Positions 9,778 through 19,341 of a stretch of 64,000 nt of DNA are shown in pieces; position 1 is the first letter of the stretch; each line of letters starts with the position of its first letter. Source of the DNA: Arenicellales bacterium (GTDB lineage Bacteria; Pseudomonadota; Gammaproteobacteria; Arenicellales; JAJDZL01); contig CBDEUN010000002.1 in assembly GCA_965243305.1 (NCBI GenBank), forward strand, positions 1,323 to 65,322. The letters run 5' to 3'. Position numbers and translations under genes: made by a program. Under the pieces are notes generated by a model. The model had not been told where the DNA came from. It made no database searches and saw only the letters and a list, made by a program, of their open reading frames with translations.

Positions 9778-11436
9778 ATGAAGGCATCTGACTTATTTGT
9801 CGCATGTCTCGAGCAGGAAGGCATTGAGTACATTTTCGGCGTACCCGGAGAAGAAAATGCACATTTCATGATTTCGCTTGAGGAATCGGACAGTATCAAG
9901 TTCATTCTCTGTCGGCATGAACAGGGAGCCGCTTTTATGGCAGAAGCCTACGGACGACTGACCGGGCGGGTTTCAGGCTGTCTGGGCACTCTGGGTCCTG
10001 GAGCAACCAACTTGATCACAGGTGTTGCGGACGGCAATATGGATCGCGCACCGATGCTGGTACTCACTGGTCAAGGAGCGTCTACCCGATTACACAAAGA
10101 ATCCCACCAGATTATGGATGTCGTGGCTATGTACCGTCCAGTGACCAAATGGGCACAGCAGATTCATCATCCCGACAATATCCCCGAAGTAGTTCGCAAG
10201 GCCGTGAGAACTGCACTGGTTGAAAAACCCGGTGCTACCCTAGTCGAGTTGCCTGAAGACATCGCACACATGGATGCATCAACTAAACCGCTGCAGCCAC
10301 AAAGACTGAGACGAGCCGTACCAGATGACAAGATCGTAAATCAGGCGTTTGATTTGATTCGAAATGCCAAACGACCCATTATTCTGGCTGGAAATGGCTG
10401 CATTAGACGTCGCGCTTCAAAACAACTGCGACTACTTTGCGAAAAAACAGGAATCGGCGTTGTTTCCACTTTCATGGCCAAAGGCTGTGTGGATATGGAT
10501 TCAGACTACTGTCTATACACCGTTGGTTTAGGCGCAAAGGACTTGGTGGCATGTGCACTGGATGCGTCCGACCTGATCATCACATTAGGCTACGACATGG
10601 TCGAATACCATCCGCACCTTTGGAATCCAGATCAGAATAAGAACGTACTACACATTGACTTCCTGCCAGCCGAAATCGATGCTTACTATCGTCCGAAATC
10701 AGAAGTGGTGGGAGATCTTGCACATACTCTGTGGATGCTGAATGAACGAATCGATGGGGTAGACGATTTATCCTTCGATCTTTCTCAGCAGGCCGCAACG
10801 CGTCGAGACATGGCTCTCGATTTTGCCGAACACAAAGACGATGATACAGAAGGCGTCATTAAGCCTCAAAAAGTACTCTGGGATGTCCGACAGGTCATGG
10901 GACCAAACGATGTGCTTCTATCCGATGTTGGTGCGCACAAAATGTGGATCGCCCGACACTACCATTGTCACGAACCTAATACCTGCCTGATTCCCAATGG
11001 ATTCTGTTCCATGGGTTTTGCGCTACCTGGAGCGCTTGCGGCCAGATTAGTGAATTCTGATCCTGACCACCGAGTCCTCGCGATATGTGGGGATGCCGGT
11101 TTCATGATGAATGTACAGGAAATGGAAACCGTCCGTCGCCTTAATCTCGACATTGTCGTCATGATTTGGGAAGACCATGAATACGGACTGATTGCCTGGA
11201 AACAATCCAATCAGTTCGGACGACATACGGACCTAAGTTTTGGAAATCCGGACTGGATTAAACTGGCCGATTCTTTTGGCTGGAATGGTCATCGGGTCAA
11301 CAACTCACGCGACCTTCAAGCAGTACTGGAAAATGCATTTTCCGAAGCGGGACCCAGTCTGGTGGTGGTACCCATCGACTACTCTGAAAATGAGAAACTG
11401 ACCAAGCGTCTAGGAGAGATTGTCTGTCCGATATAG
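9778..11436 (+). CDS. Thiamine-pyrophosphate enzyme, acetolactate synthase (AlsS/IlvB-like) large subunit family
   Basis: 552 aa. The N-terminal FGVPGEEN and the TPP-binding motif GDAGFMMNVQE...  are typical of the ALS family. Confidence 0.85.
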   Translation: MKASDLFVACLEQEGIEYIFGVPGEENAHFMISLEESDSIKFILCRHEQGAAFMAEAYGRLTGRVSGCLGTLGPGATNLITGVADGNMDRAPMLVLTGQGASTRLHKESHQIMDVVAMYRPVTKWAQQIHHPDNIPEVVRKAVRTALVEKPGATLVELPEDIAHMDASTKPLQPQRLRRAVPDDKIVNQAFDLIRNAKRPIILAGNGCIRRRASKQLRLLCEKTGIGVVSTFMAKGCVDMDSDYCLYTVGLGAKDLVACALDASDLIITLGYDMVEYHPHLWNPDQNKNVLHIDFLPAEIDAYYRPKSEVVGDLAHTLWMLNERIDGVDDLSFDLSQQAATRRDMALDFAEHKDDDTEGVIKPQKVLWDVRQVMGPNDVLLSDVGAHKMWIARHYHCHEPNTCLIPNGFCSMGFALPGALAARLVNSDPDHRVLAICGDAGFMMNVQEMETVRRLNLDIVVMIWEDHEYGLIAWKQSNQFGRHTDLSFGNPDWIKLADSFGWNGHRVNNSRDLQAVLENAFSEAGPSLVVVPIDYSENEKLTKRLGEIVCPI

Positions 11437-11626
11437 AACGGACGAAAATGTAATCTCGTAGATTCTACCCAGACTGTTTCTGAATGGGATGCCACGCTTT
11501 GGAAGCAAATTCTGATGCGCGCCACCTTTGAAATTAGGATTCGATAACAGATGTCTGTCAAATTTCAATTTGGGTTCGCGTTGATGTCTGCTTAATTATT
11601 TGCGAACTGCTTGATTTAGAAGTCGC

Positions 11627-12133
11627 TCAAAACAGAATGTCATCTTCGATGGCATCAATTCCGGCCTGCGCACACAGATCATCCAAATCACCACCTGGTG
11701 CACCAGACACACCGATTGCTCCGACTGAAAAACCTCCACCGTCAATCAATAGGCCACCTCCCAGCATGATGGCTTCTTCAAGATGCCGAATTCCAGACAA
11801 AGAGGTCCCTTCTGCTGTAGCTTCAGCAAGTTCCGTAGTTGAAAGACGAAAACTCGCCGCTGTCCAGGCCTTGCGACGCGCTGTAGTTGGTGTATGAGCA
11901 CCAGCATATCGGTCTCGGAGCATGACTTGGGGTAAACCACTGCGATCCGTAACTACTACCGACACTTGAAAACCTTCTGAACGGCATTTATCCAGTGCGG
12001 CTTTTGCTGCTTTAAGCGCAATTTCTGGAGTGAGATTTTGAGTGGTAAAAAGTGCATGTTCATCAGCCTTGGCTTGTGCCGAAAGCAGAATCAAAATAAT
12101 GATTGGTATACGAAAATATTTCATAGTGCTCAC
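11627..12133 (-). CDS. GlcG/HbpS-like (DUF336) haem-binding-type protein with a signal peptide
   Basis: 168 aa with an N-terminal hydrophobic signal and the GGGLLIDGGG...GAIGVSGAPGGDLD motif of DUF336. Confidence 0.75.
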   Translation of the reverse strand: MSTMKYFRIPIIILILLSAQAKADEHALFTTQNLTPEIALKAAKAALDKCRSEGFQVSVVVTDRSGLPQVMLRDRYAGAHTPTTARRKAWTAASFRLSTTELAEATAEGTSLSGIRHLEEAIMLGGGLLIDGGGFSVGAIGVSGAPGGDLDDLCAQAGIDAIEDDILF

Positions 12134-12418
12134 GTCGAAAGTTTCAAAATTACTGATCAGTTAATCATTCGCTCATTTGAGGACGCATCTGACAAATTGA
12201 CCGACTGATGTCAATCAATGCCTGATTTCAGATGCTTAACAAAGCTCAAATTGATCGACTTGACCCAATTCCAGTCGCATTGAATCGCCATAATTGGCAA
12301 ATTCCACTTGAATTTGCTAATTTTATTGACTCCAGCCGTCAGAAATGTTTTGGTTGAGTCATAATAATACTAATCGCAGTATGCGGGTTTCATCTTCGTT
12401 AATTAATGGATTAATCAC

Positions 12419-13348
12419 ATGCAAGTGATACTAGCTCAGCCGCGTGGTTTTTGCGCTGGCGTCGAACGGGCGATCCAAATTGTGGAAACAGCTCTCAAGA
12501 AATATGGTTCGCCCATTTATGTGAAACACGAAATCGTGCACAATCAGCGCGTCGTTAGCGAACTCAGATCTAAAGGGGTCAAGTTTGTTGAAAGTATTTC
12601 TGACATTCCGGATGGTGCCGTTACCGTGTTTAGCGCACACGGGGTTTCAAAAAAAGTCGAGAGTGAAGCATCAGAACGTGGCCTAGAACCACTTGATGCC
12701 ACATGCCCACTCGTCTCTAAAGTACATATTGAAGGGCGAAAATATGCCAAGAAAGGGTTTGAAATTGTTTTGATCGGGCATCACAATCATCCTGAAGTTG
12801 AAGGAACTTTAGGTCAGATTCCAGGCACCGTACACCTCATCAGCGATGTGGAGGAAGTTGAGAATCTGGTGATCAAAGATCCTGATAAGGTTGCTTATAT
12901 TACCCAAACAACCCTGTCGGTTGACGATACTCGTGATGTCATTTTCGCTTTGAAGAATCGCTTTCCAAATATTGCTGGTCCTGATATCAAGGATATCTGT
13001 TACGCCACTCAGAATCGTCAAAGCGCGGTCCACCATCTCGCAGATCAAGTTGACTTAGTGCTGGTGGTTGGAGCACAGAACAGTTCAAACTCAAATCGAC
13101 TGTGTGAAGTCAGCCGCGACCGTGGAGTTCCAGCATATCTCGTCCAAAACTCGAATGACTACAACCCAGAGTGGTCGGTCAACGCTGAAAAAATAGGTGT
13201 TACCGCCGGTGCCTCGGCTCCCGAAGCTTTAGTTCAGGAATTGATAGAACGGCTTAAACAACATCACGACATCGAGGTAACAACGATGACGGGAATCACC
13301 GAAAACGTCAGATTCAATTTACCCGCCTCTCTGAGAAAAGCATCGTAA
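12419..13348 (+). CDS. ispH: 4-hydroxy-3-methylbut-2-enyl diphosphate reductase
   Basis: 309 aa. MQVILAQPRGFCAGVERAI, HEIVHN and ATCPLV are the conserved IspH/LytB Cys-containing motifs. Confidence 0.95.
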   Translation: MQVILAQPRGFCAGVERAIQIVETALKKYGSPIYVKHEIVHNQRVVSELRSKGVKFVESISDIPDGAVTVFSAHGVSKKVESEASERGLEPLDATCPLVSKVHIEGRKYAKKGFEIVLIGHHNHPEVEGTLGQIPGTVHLISDVEEVENLVIKDPDKVAYITQTTLSVDDTRDVIFALKNRFPNIAGPDIKDICYATQNRQSAVHHLADQVDLVLVVGAQNSSNSNRLCEVSRDRGVPAYLVQNSNDYNPEWSVNAEKIGVTAGASAPEALVQELIERLKQHHDIEVTTMTGITENVRFNLPASLRKAS

Positions 13349-13376
13349 TCAAACAGTTGCATCTGCAATTGTAAGC

Positions 13377-13406
13377 ATATTGTCGTCAGTTGACTGATGA
13401 CAATAT
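13377..13406. other. 30-bp near-perfect palindrome downstream of ispH (possible terminator hairpin or protein-binding site)
   Basis: ATATTGTCGTCAGT-tg-ACTGATGACAATAT: 14-bp arms with one mismatch, 29 nt after the ispH stop. There is no clear T-tract. Confidence 0.3.
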
Positions 13407-13550
13407 ATCGATGAGTCTTTGAAAGCTAGATACACGGAATGGGATTGCCTTGACCAGTTTCACTTTCATGCAATTAAAACAATGACAGACGCATTACTCT
13501 GGAATCGACTAACACAGTATCGCTAAAGAATCGGAAAGGATTTTCTAATC

Positions 13551-14306
13551 ATGAAGAAAAATTTCGATAATTCTATTCTCGCAAAATTGCAGTCTATTGG
13601 TGTTCGTCGCAACAATCGGTGGTTGGTGCGAGACATTGACCTCACAGTTCACAGAGGGGAAATAGTTTCACTAATTGGTCCAAACGGAAGTGGAAAAACA
13701 ACCGTAACAAAAATTCTGGCAGGCTCCCTTCAGCCTGATTTCGGTAGCGTACAAAGATCACCCAACATCAAAATCGGATATGTGCCTCAGAATGTCACAC
13801 TCGATTCTTCTCTACCAATGACCGTGAAACGCCTTATGAACGTTCCACAGCCTGTTGATAAGAGTGAGTTGATCGAAGTGCTCGATGAACTTAATATTCA
13901 ACACCTTGCAAACTCTCCAGTACAAAAATTATCGAGTGGTGAATTTCAGCGAGTCCTGCTCGCAAGAGCATTACTGCGTAAACCCGACCTGATGATTCTT
14001 GACGAACCGACGCAGGGACTTGACGTTCACGGAGAAACATTGTTATTCAAACGAATAGCTAATATTCGAGACCGCATGAATTGCGGCATTTTGATTGTCC
14101 GCCACGACCTACATTTGGTGATGGTTCAAACTGATACAGTCGTCTGCATGAATGTCCATATATGCTGTACAGGAACTCCAAAACGTGTGCAGGAGGATGA
14201 AGCCTATCTGAAGCTTTTTGGCGCAAAAGCATTGGAAGGTCGCGCACTTTACTCCCATAAGCACGATCATGATCACCGTCTGGATGGAAGCATAAGGGAT
14301 TTATGA
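13551..14306 (+). CDS. znuC: Zinc ABC transporter ATP-binding protein
   Basis: 251 aa with Walker A GPNGSGKTT, signature LSSGEFQR, Walker B LMILDEP and a His-rich C-terminus (HKHDHDH) typical of ZnuC. It is adjacent to a ZnuB-like permease. Confidence 0.8.
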   Translation: MKKNFDNSILAKLQSIGVRRNNRWLVRDIDLTVHRGEIVSLIGPNGSGKTTVTKILAGSLQPDFGSVQRSPNIKIGYVPQNVTLDSSLPMTVKRLMNVPQPVDKSELIEVLDELNIQHLANSPVQKLSSGEFQRVLLARALLRKPDLMILDEPTQGLDVHGETLLFKRIANIRDRMNCGILIVRHDLHLVMVQTDTVVCMNVHICCTGTPKRVQEDEAYLKLFGAKALEGRALYSHKHDHDHRLDGSIRDL

Positions 14307-14334
14307 TCATCCATTCGTCACTGGTATTGACAAG

Positions 14335-15153
14335 ATGTTCCTAATACCAGATGACTTTTTCAGTCGAGCGATAATCGCCGGCATTGGCTTCACACTCGTT
14401 GCAGGTCCGCTTGGCTGCTTTGTTATATGGCAGCGATTGTCTTATCTCGGCGAAGCAATGGCGCATTCGGCTCTACTTGGGATCGCGCTGGCAATCGTGC
14501 TGGATATCAATTTGATGGTGGGTGTATTCAGCATCTGCCTGTTTATCGCGTTTATTTTAGCCCGGGTCAATAGTGACTCATTTCTGTCGGGCGATTCTGT
14601 GCTTGGAATCATGTCTCATTCAACACTGGCACTTGGTCTCGTGCTTGTTTCCTTTATGTATTGGATTAGGATCGATGTTTTGGATTTTCTATTCGGCAAC
14701 ATCATTGCGGTAACCTGGTTCGAAATCGCCATGATTTACATGGCAAGTGCAGTTGCATTGGGAATTATCGTGTTTAAGTGGAGGGCGATGATCGGTCTGA
14801 CGGTCGACGAGCAAATCGCCGCAGCTGAAGGTCTTCAACCTAGTCAAACGAGGATTCTTTTGATGATACTGCTGGCTGGAACAATCGCAATTGCGATGAA
14901 GATAGTCGGTATCCTGTTGACCATCTCGTTATTGATTATTCCAGCTGCAACAGCAAGACAACTTGCAAAAACACCTGAACAGATGGCTATTTTTGCCGTC
15001 GCATTCGGTTCAGCATCGGTGGTTGGTGGCATGTTCATGTCGCTGGAGTTTGATACTCCTCCAGGTCCGAGCATCGTTGTGTTTGCGATGTTGCTGTTTC
15101 TATCGATGGCAGCAGTAATGCTCTTGAGAAGACGAAGTCAAGAAGGGGTCTGA
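14335..15153 (+). CDS. znuB: Zinc ABC transporter permease
   Basis: 272 aa polytopic membrane protein of the ABC-3 (ZnuB/TroCD) type, immediately after znuC. Confidence 0.8.
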   Translation: MFLIPDDFFSRAIIAGIGFTLVAGPLGCFVIWQRLSYLGEAMAHSALLGIALAIVLDINLMVGVFSICLFIAFILARVNSDSFLSGDSVLGIMSHSTLALGLVLVSFMYWIRIDVLDFLFGNIIAVTWFEIAMIYMASAVALGIIVFKWRAMIGLTVDEQIAAAEGLQPSQTRILLMILLAGTIAIAMKIVGILLTISLLIIPAATARQLAKTPEQMAIFAVAFGSASVVGGMFMSLEFDTPPGPSIVVFAMLLFLSMAAVMLLRRRSQEGV

Positions 15154-15171
15154 TCCGCTTATAAACATTGA

Positions 15172-15194
15172 GAACACCTAAATTTCAGGTGTTC
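15172..15194. terminator. Hairpin between the convergent znuB and amine-oxidase genes
   Basis: GAACACCT-aaatttc-AGGTGTTC: an 8-bp perfect stem with weak flanking T/A tracts. Confidence 0.3.
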
Positions 15195-15204
15195 CGAAAG
15201 CTTC

Positions 15205-16527
15205 TCAGAAAATCAGCCTCAATACGGTGCGGGCAGTTTCGGCACCTGAAAGATGTGCACCGCCAACTGTTGCCCAAATTGAAGAGTGACAGGCTTCACC
15301 CGCGAAGAACACTCGTTCTCCAACAGGCTGTCGAAGCACTTTTCGCATTTTGTATGAACCGGGGCGTGCAGATGCATACGACCCCAGTGTCAATGGATTC
15401 AATCCCCATGCCGTGGTCGACCCTTTGATGTACTGTTTTTCGATGTCACTGCCTAGTAAATTCTTCAGCTTCCCCAAGGCATAGTTGATTTTGAACGCTT
15501 CGTCTTCTGTCTGCAAATCGAGTGCCCAGCTTCCCCCGACATCACAGTAGGCCAGTCCACTACCCGCAGAATTTGCCAGTGTTCCGAATCCTTTTCCATC
15601 TTCGCCAATTTCAAAAATAAGATAACCATCCTCACCGACTCCAAACACATCGCGCGAAAAATGAAGTGCGATGTGATCGTAAGCACCCATGGAAATTTCG
15701 TTAAATGACTCGTGCTTTTCCTGCGGGAGTTCCGGCACAAATTTGATCTGGCCGGATGCCAAAACACCTGTGGAGACTGTAATGATTACTGCTTTTGATT
15801 TCAGTTTACCCCGAGCAGTTTCAATCACAACACCCTGCCCGCTCCAGTCAATTTTGTGAACCGGTGTATTGAGAGACACATTAATGTCTTTGCCATAGTG
15901 GGCAACTAGCGTTCCATATCCACTGCTGCAAAAATAATCTGTGCCGTCTTCAGAATTCCACCAATCTGTAGTTGAAAAATCGTCGAAATCTTTCCCCATT
16001 GACCATGGGCCCAAAACAAATTTTGCCGTATTGCTCCAGCGTCCATCGACGTGCCCCGTGACCATACTCGGAGGCACGTCTTTACCTGACTTACTGGCTT
16101 TACCAATCGCTGAGCCCAACTTATCCACGTCTTTCCAGAGCATGGCGAGCTGATCACTGTCAACCTCTTCGTTGGAGCGGGAAAACAATCGGTAGTTCTC
16201 AGGAACAGGATAAATTTCAAATCCCTCAGATTTGGCGTATTTGTTGTAAGGGTTTAAACTTCCGTTATGCAACCAATGAGCACCAATATCGTACGGTACG
16301 CCAAAAATCGACAAATCCGTATGAGCGCGGCCACCAATTCGTTGAGATGCTTCAACGAGCATCACGTTTTTTCCTTTTTCGATCAAACTACGAGCAGCAG
16401 CTAGACCTGCAGCACCAGCACCCACGACAACCACATCATATTCTGCTGACGTCACTCCAAAGGTGGATTGGGGTAAGAGCACAGCAAGCCCCGTTCCCAT
16501 AAATTGTCGACGAGTGAATTTACTCAT
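15205..16527 (-). CDS. FAD-dependent (flavin) amine oxidase with a Tat-type signal
   Basis: 440 aa with the twin-arginine motif TRRQFMG, the dinucleotide-binding VVVVGAGAAGLAAA and a C-terminal FFAGEA typical of the amine oxidase family. Confidence 0.8.
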   Translation of the reverse strand: MSKFTRRQFMGTGLAVLLPQSTFGVTSAEYDVVVVGAGAAGLAAARSLIEKGKNVMLVEASQRIGGRAHTDLSIFGVPYDIGAHWLHNGSLNPYNKYAKSEGFEIYPVPENYRLFSRSNEEVDSDQLAMLWKDVDKLGSAIGKASKSGKDVPPSMVTGHVDGRWSNTAKFVLGPWSMGKDFDDFSTTDWWNSEDGTDYFCSSGYGTLVAHYGKDINVSLNTPVHKIDWSGQGVVIETARGKLKSKAVIITVSTGVLASGQIKFVPELPQEKHESFNEISMGAYDHIALHFSRDVFGVGEDGYLIFEIGEDGKGFGTLANSAGSGLAYCDVGGSWALDLQTEDEAFKINYALGKLKNLLGSDIEKQYIKGSTTAWGLNPLTLGSYASARPGSYKMRKVLRQPVGERVFFAGEACHSSIWATVGGAHLSGAETARTVLRLIF

Positions 16528-16582
16528 AGCGTTAGTGCAAATTAGTCAGTGTCAGAAAGTCGGCGACAGCATTTTAATCGTT

Positions 16583-17353
16583 TTACATTCCGAACAAAGA
16601 AAGCAGCACCTGTGCTGTCAAAATGATGCCAAGAATCAACAAAACCAATTTGATGATTCGTCGAAAGAGATGGATGTCGATTCGGTCCTGAAGTATTTGT
16701 CCCAAGTACAGCGAACCAGCGGCGATGCCTGCGATGGGAAGTGTAGTCAGAAATATCTGAAGCGTAAACGTTCCCGACATGCCAAACACGGCCAACTGGG
16801 CAGCCTTTCCTGAGAAAAAGCACATATTGAATACCTGTACCATCACTGTCTTTGCCCAGCCAGATTCGAGTGAGTAAATTACAAGAATTGGTACCATGGT
16901 ATTGGTCGATCCTGCTGAAAATCCGGCTGCGATTCCAAATCCAAACTGTGAGGCTCTCGGAAATTGCAAAGCATTGCTCAATAATTTCCGACTGGTTCGA
17001 TCTGCCACAAGGTATAGAAAAATCAGTAGTGCTAACAATAACTTGTATGGCGTTGGGTCGGTATAGACAATGACCCAAGCACCAAAGACTGAGCCGATCA
17101 AACACCACACTGCCAGCGGCCAAAATTGTCCCAGACTTTCCCGCCAATTACCACCTTTGGCTATGCTGAACAAATTGACAGCAACAGTCGGAATCAGGGT
17201 GATGAGGATGGCAATCCGAAGATCAATAAAAGTGGAGAGCATGGCTGTCGACAGTAAAGGAAACCCCAAACCGATTGAGCCATGCACAAATCCTGCGAAA
17301 ACGGCGATGAGCACGAATACTGCGTATTCGTTGAGCGAAATCACTTCAAACAT
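16583..17353 (-). CDS. TauE/SafE (TSUP) family anion exporter
   Basis: 256 aa with multiple TM helices and the duplicated G-rich pattern of the TSUP family. Confidence 0.75.
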   Translation of the reverse strand: MFEVISLNEYAVFVLIAVFAGFVHGSIGLGFPLLSTAMLSTFIDLRIAILITLIPTVAVNLFSIAKGGNWRESLGQFWPLAVWCLIGSVFGAWVIVYTDPTPYKLLLALLIFLYLVADRTSRKLLSNALQFPRASQFGFGIAAGFSAGSTNTMVPILVIYSLESGWAKTVMVQVFNMCFFSGKAAQLAVFGMSGTFTLQIFLTTLPIAGIAAGSLYLGQILQDRIDIHLFRRIIKLVLLILGIILTAQVLLSLFGM

Positions 17354-17494
17354 CAGCCAATCGATACATGCGTGCGCTCAACTATAACAACCGACAGGTA
17401 GCTTACATGCCAACTAATTTGAAACAACGGTTGCTGCTATCGAGAAGAGGGTCGAGCCAAAGCGCAGATTGCAAATGGCGCTATACCCTGAAAC

Positions 17495-17535
17495 AGAAAA
17501 CGGCAAAGACGTTAAATCCTTGCCGTTTTCCTTTT
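17495..17535 (-). terminator. Rho-independent terminator downstream of the 17605..18006 gene
   Basis: Stem AACGGCAA / TTGCCGTT (17499..17506 and 17520..17527). Read on the minus strand it is followed by TTTTCTGTTT; the plus strand is also T-rich. Confidence 0.5.
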
Positions 17536-17604
17536 GTGAATCTGCTTATGGAAACACAAAGGTAGGTCTGAACGATGATCCAGTCAGGTGCTCCTGATTG
17601 AATT

Positions 17605-18006
17605 CTAAAGTTCGAATCGTTTGCGAATAAACGCTGTAACCGAACGACGTTCTTTACGCTTTAGATTTTCACCAATCGTACCACGTCTTTTCAGATCTTT
17701 TTTCAATTGACCCCAGACGGAGGCAACGCTTTCGGAAGTGTGTTCAAGATCGGCGTAAGGGCAACTCTCGCAAATGACATGCTCTTGGAAAACTTTCTTT
17801 CCCAACTCGTACGTCGATTTAGAGACAGTATAACTTGATCCGTTACCACCGCCGCCGCCTGACGAACCTCCACTACCTCCACCTCCGCCTCCATCACCTG
17901 AAGCGAATGCCACAGAAGTTGCAAAGATACTGCAAAGCAATAACATAGCAACGCGCAGGGAGGACGATCTACCAAAAGAAGAAATGAATGACATCATAAT
18001 TCCCAA
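17605..18006 (-). CDS. Hypothetical exported protein with a Gly/Ser-rich linker and a CxxC-containing C-terminal domain
   Basis: 133 aa: a signal-like N-terminus, then SGDGGGGGGSGGSSGGGGGNGSS, then YELGKKVFQEHVICESCPY, which is cytochrome-c-like in context but lacks the His of CxxCH. Confidence 0.5.
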   Translation of the reverse strand: MGIMMSFISSFGRSSSLRVAMLLLCSIFATSVAFASGDGGGGGGSGGSSGGGGGNGSSYTVSKSTYELGKKVFQEHVICESCPYADLEHTSESVASVWGQLKKDLKRRGTIGENLKRKERRSVTAFIRKRFEL

Positions 18007-18103
18007 CTGTAGTGTTTCAAAATATTTATTCTAAATTTAGATTGATCTAGCAGCTTCGTTGGCAATTTTACCAGATAAACTGAAAAATGTATATTTGATG
18101 TGC

Positions 18104-19283
18104 TGGTTCAGTACATGTGAGACAATCAGGCGGCGAGTGCGGATTGATTGACAAGTTGATTATAGTTTTCCATGGGGGTGAGTTGTCCGAGCGCCTGATG
18201 CGGTCGGTAATGGTTGTACTGATGCTGGTAGCGTTCAAGTTCCAGATTGAGCGAGCTGACATTCAGATCGCCGCCGTAAAACGGATAAAACTCGTAGCGG
18301 CTGGTGCCATTGGCGCGTTCCACACAACCGTTCAGTTTGGGCGATCTGGGCGGCAGCACATACAGCGGGATGTTGAGTTTTTGACAGGCGGCTTCGAACT
18401 CGGCCATGAACTCGCTGCCGCCATCGACCTGGATCGATTGGATCTGGAACGGCAGCTGCTGTTGGAGATATTGCAAAAAGCGCGTGGCGCAAAGTGCAGT
18501 GGCTCTGGAATAGGTGCGCATGAAGCACAGTCTGGTGGTCGGACAGGTGGCTTTGAACTCCTTGACCGTAAAGCCGGCGTCGACATGCACGCTCATGTGA
18601 TCGATCTGGATCATCTGTCCGGGTGTCTGGGCTTTGTCGGTGTGGCGCCAGCGCTTTGCGTGACGGTCGAAGATGCGCGGTTTTTTGTGTCCGGTGCGAC
18701 CCTGGTAGAAGGCGGCCGGCAGGACCTGTCTGCGTCGGATCCATTCACTGAGCATGCGACCGACGGTGCTTTCGCTCAGCCTGATGCCGTACTCGCGTGC
18801 CAGAATGGTGCGGATTTTGGCCCGCCCCCAGAGCGGATGAGCCAGACGAATCTCGCGTACCCATTCAAAGTGTTGCGCATTCCATTGCCGGCGACGCACC
18901 CGGCGCGGTCTGCGGCTGCGCGACTCAAGACCGCGCGGGCCCTGTTGCGCAAGGCGTTTGCGCCATCGGTAGTAGCTGGACCTGGACCAGCCGATGGCTT
19001 CAAGCGCGGTGGTTTCGCTGCAGCCTTCCGATCGCAGCTGCTGGTACAGGTTCAGTTGCTGCCAGCGTCGCTGGGCATCATCAGAAAGTCTGGCAACGGT
19101 TTTGCTGACGCGGTAAAATTTCGGGTGCAGATGAATCGTTTGCATCGGGTAGCCTCCTGTGCGTTTTGTTTTCGGTAATACGCACTATGCTACCCGATTT
19201 TTTTGCGTTTTTCAGTCTGTTCCCCTTCGGACTACGTCCTTCGGAGAACAGACTGAAAGTCTCACATGTATGTGAACTACCTC
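18104..19283 (-). mobile_element. IS481-family insertion sequence (about 1.18 kb; ends uncertain by a few nt)
   Basis: GC-rich block. The imperfect IRs are TGGTTCAGTACATGTGAGAC (18104..18123) and GTCTCACATGTATGTGAACTA (19259..19279). Near-identical flanks ATTTGATGTGC (18093..18103) and ATTTGAGTGC (19284..19293) look like a TSD. It carries a single rve-type transposase. Confidence 0.75.
18126..19145 (-). CDS. IS481-family transposase (HTH + rve integrase core)
   Basis: 339 aa with the DDE context QIDHM..., VDGGSEF and a C-terminal YNHYRPHQALG, which are hallmarks of retroviral-integrase-type IS481/IS3 transposases. It is a single ORF with no frameshift. Confidence 0.85.
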   Translation of the reverse strand: MQTIHLHPKFYRVSKTVARLSDDAQRRWQQLNLYQQLRSEGCSETTALEAIGWSRSSYYRWRKRLAQQGPRGLESRSRRPRRVRRRQWNAQHFEWVREIRLAHPLWGRAKIRTILAREYGIRLSESTVGRMLSEWIRRRQVLPAAFYQGRTGHKKPRIFDRHAKRWRHTDKAQTPGQMIQIDHMSVHVDAGFTVKEFKATCPTTRLCFMRTYSRATALCATRFLQYLQQQLPFQIQSIQVDGGSEFMAEFEAACQKLNIPLYVLPPRSPKLNGCVERANGTSRYEFYPFYGGDLNVSSLNLELERYQHQYNHYRPHQALGQLTPMENYNQLVNQSALAA

Positions 19284-19341
19284 ATTTGAGTGCAACCAAA
19301 TCATCGAATTCCTCTCCATAGCAGTAGTTGCCAAGGAAAAA

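Noticed and set aside
13377-13406. The palindrome upstream of znuC as a Zur box
   Set aside because: The sequence ATATTGTCGTCAGTTGACTGATGACAATAT does not resemble the AT-rich GTTATxxTATAAC-type Zur consensus, and it lies about 145 nt from the znuC start. It is more likely an ispH 3' hairpin.
18117-19178. 353-aa plus-strand ORF spanning the IS481 element
   Set aside because: It is antisense to the well-supported rve-type transposase and has no recognisable motifs. This is a high-GC shadow ORF.
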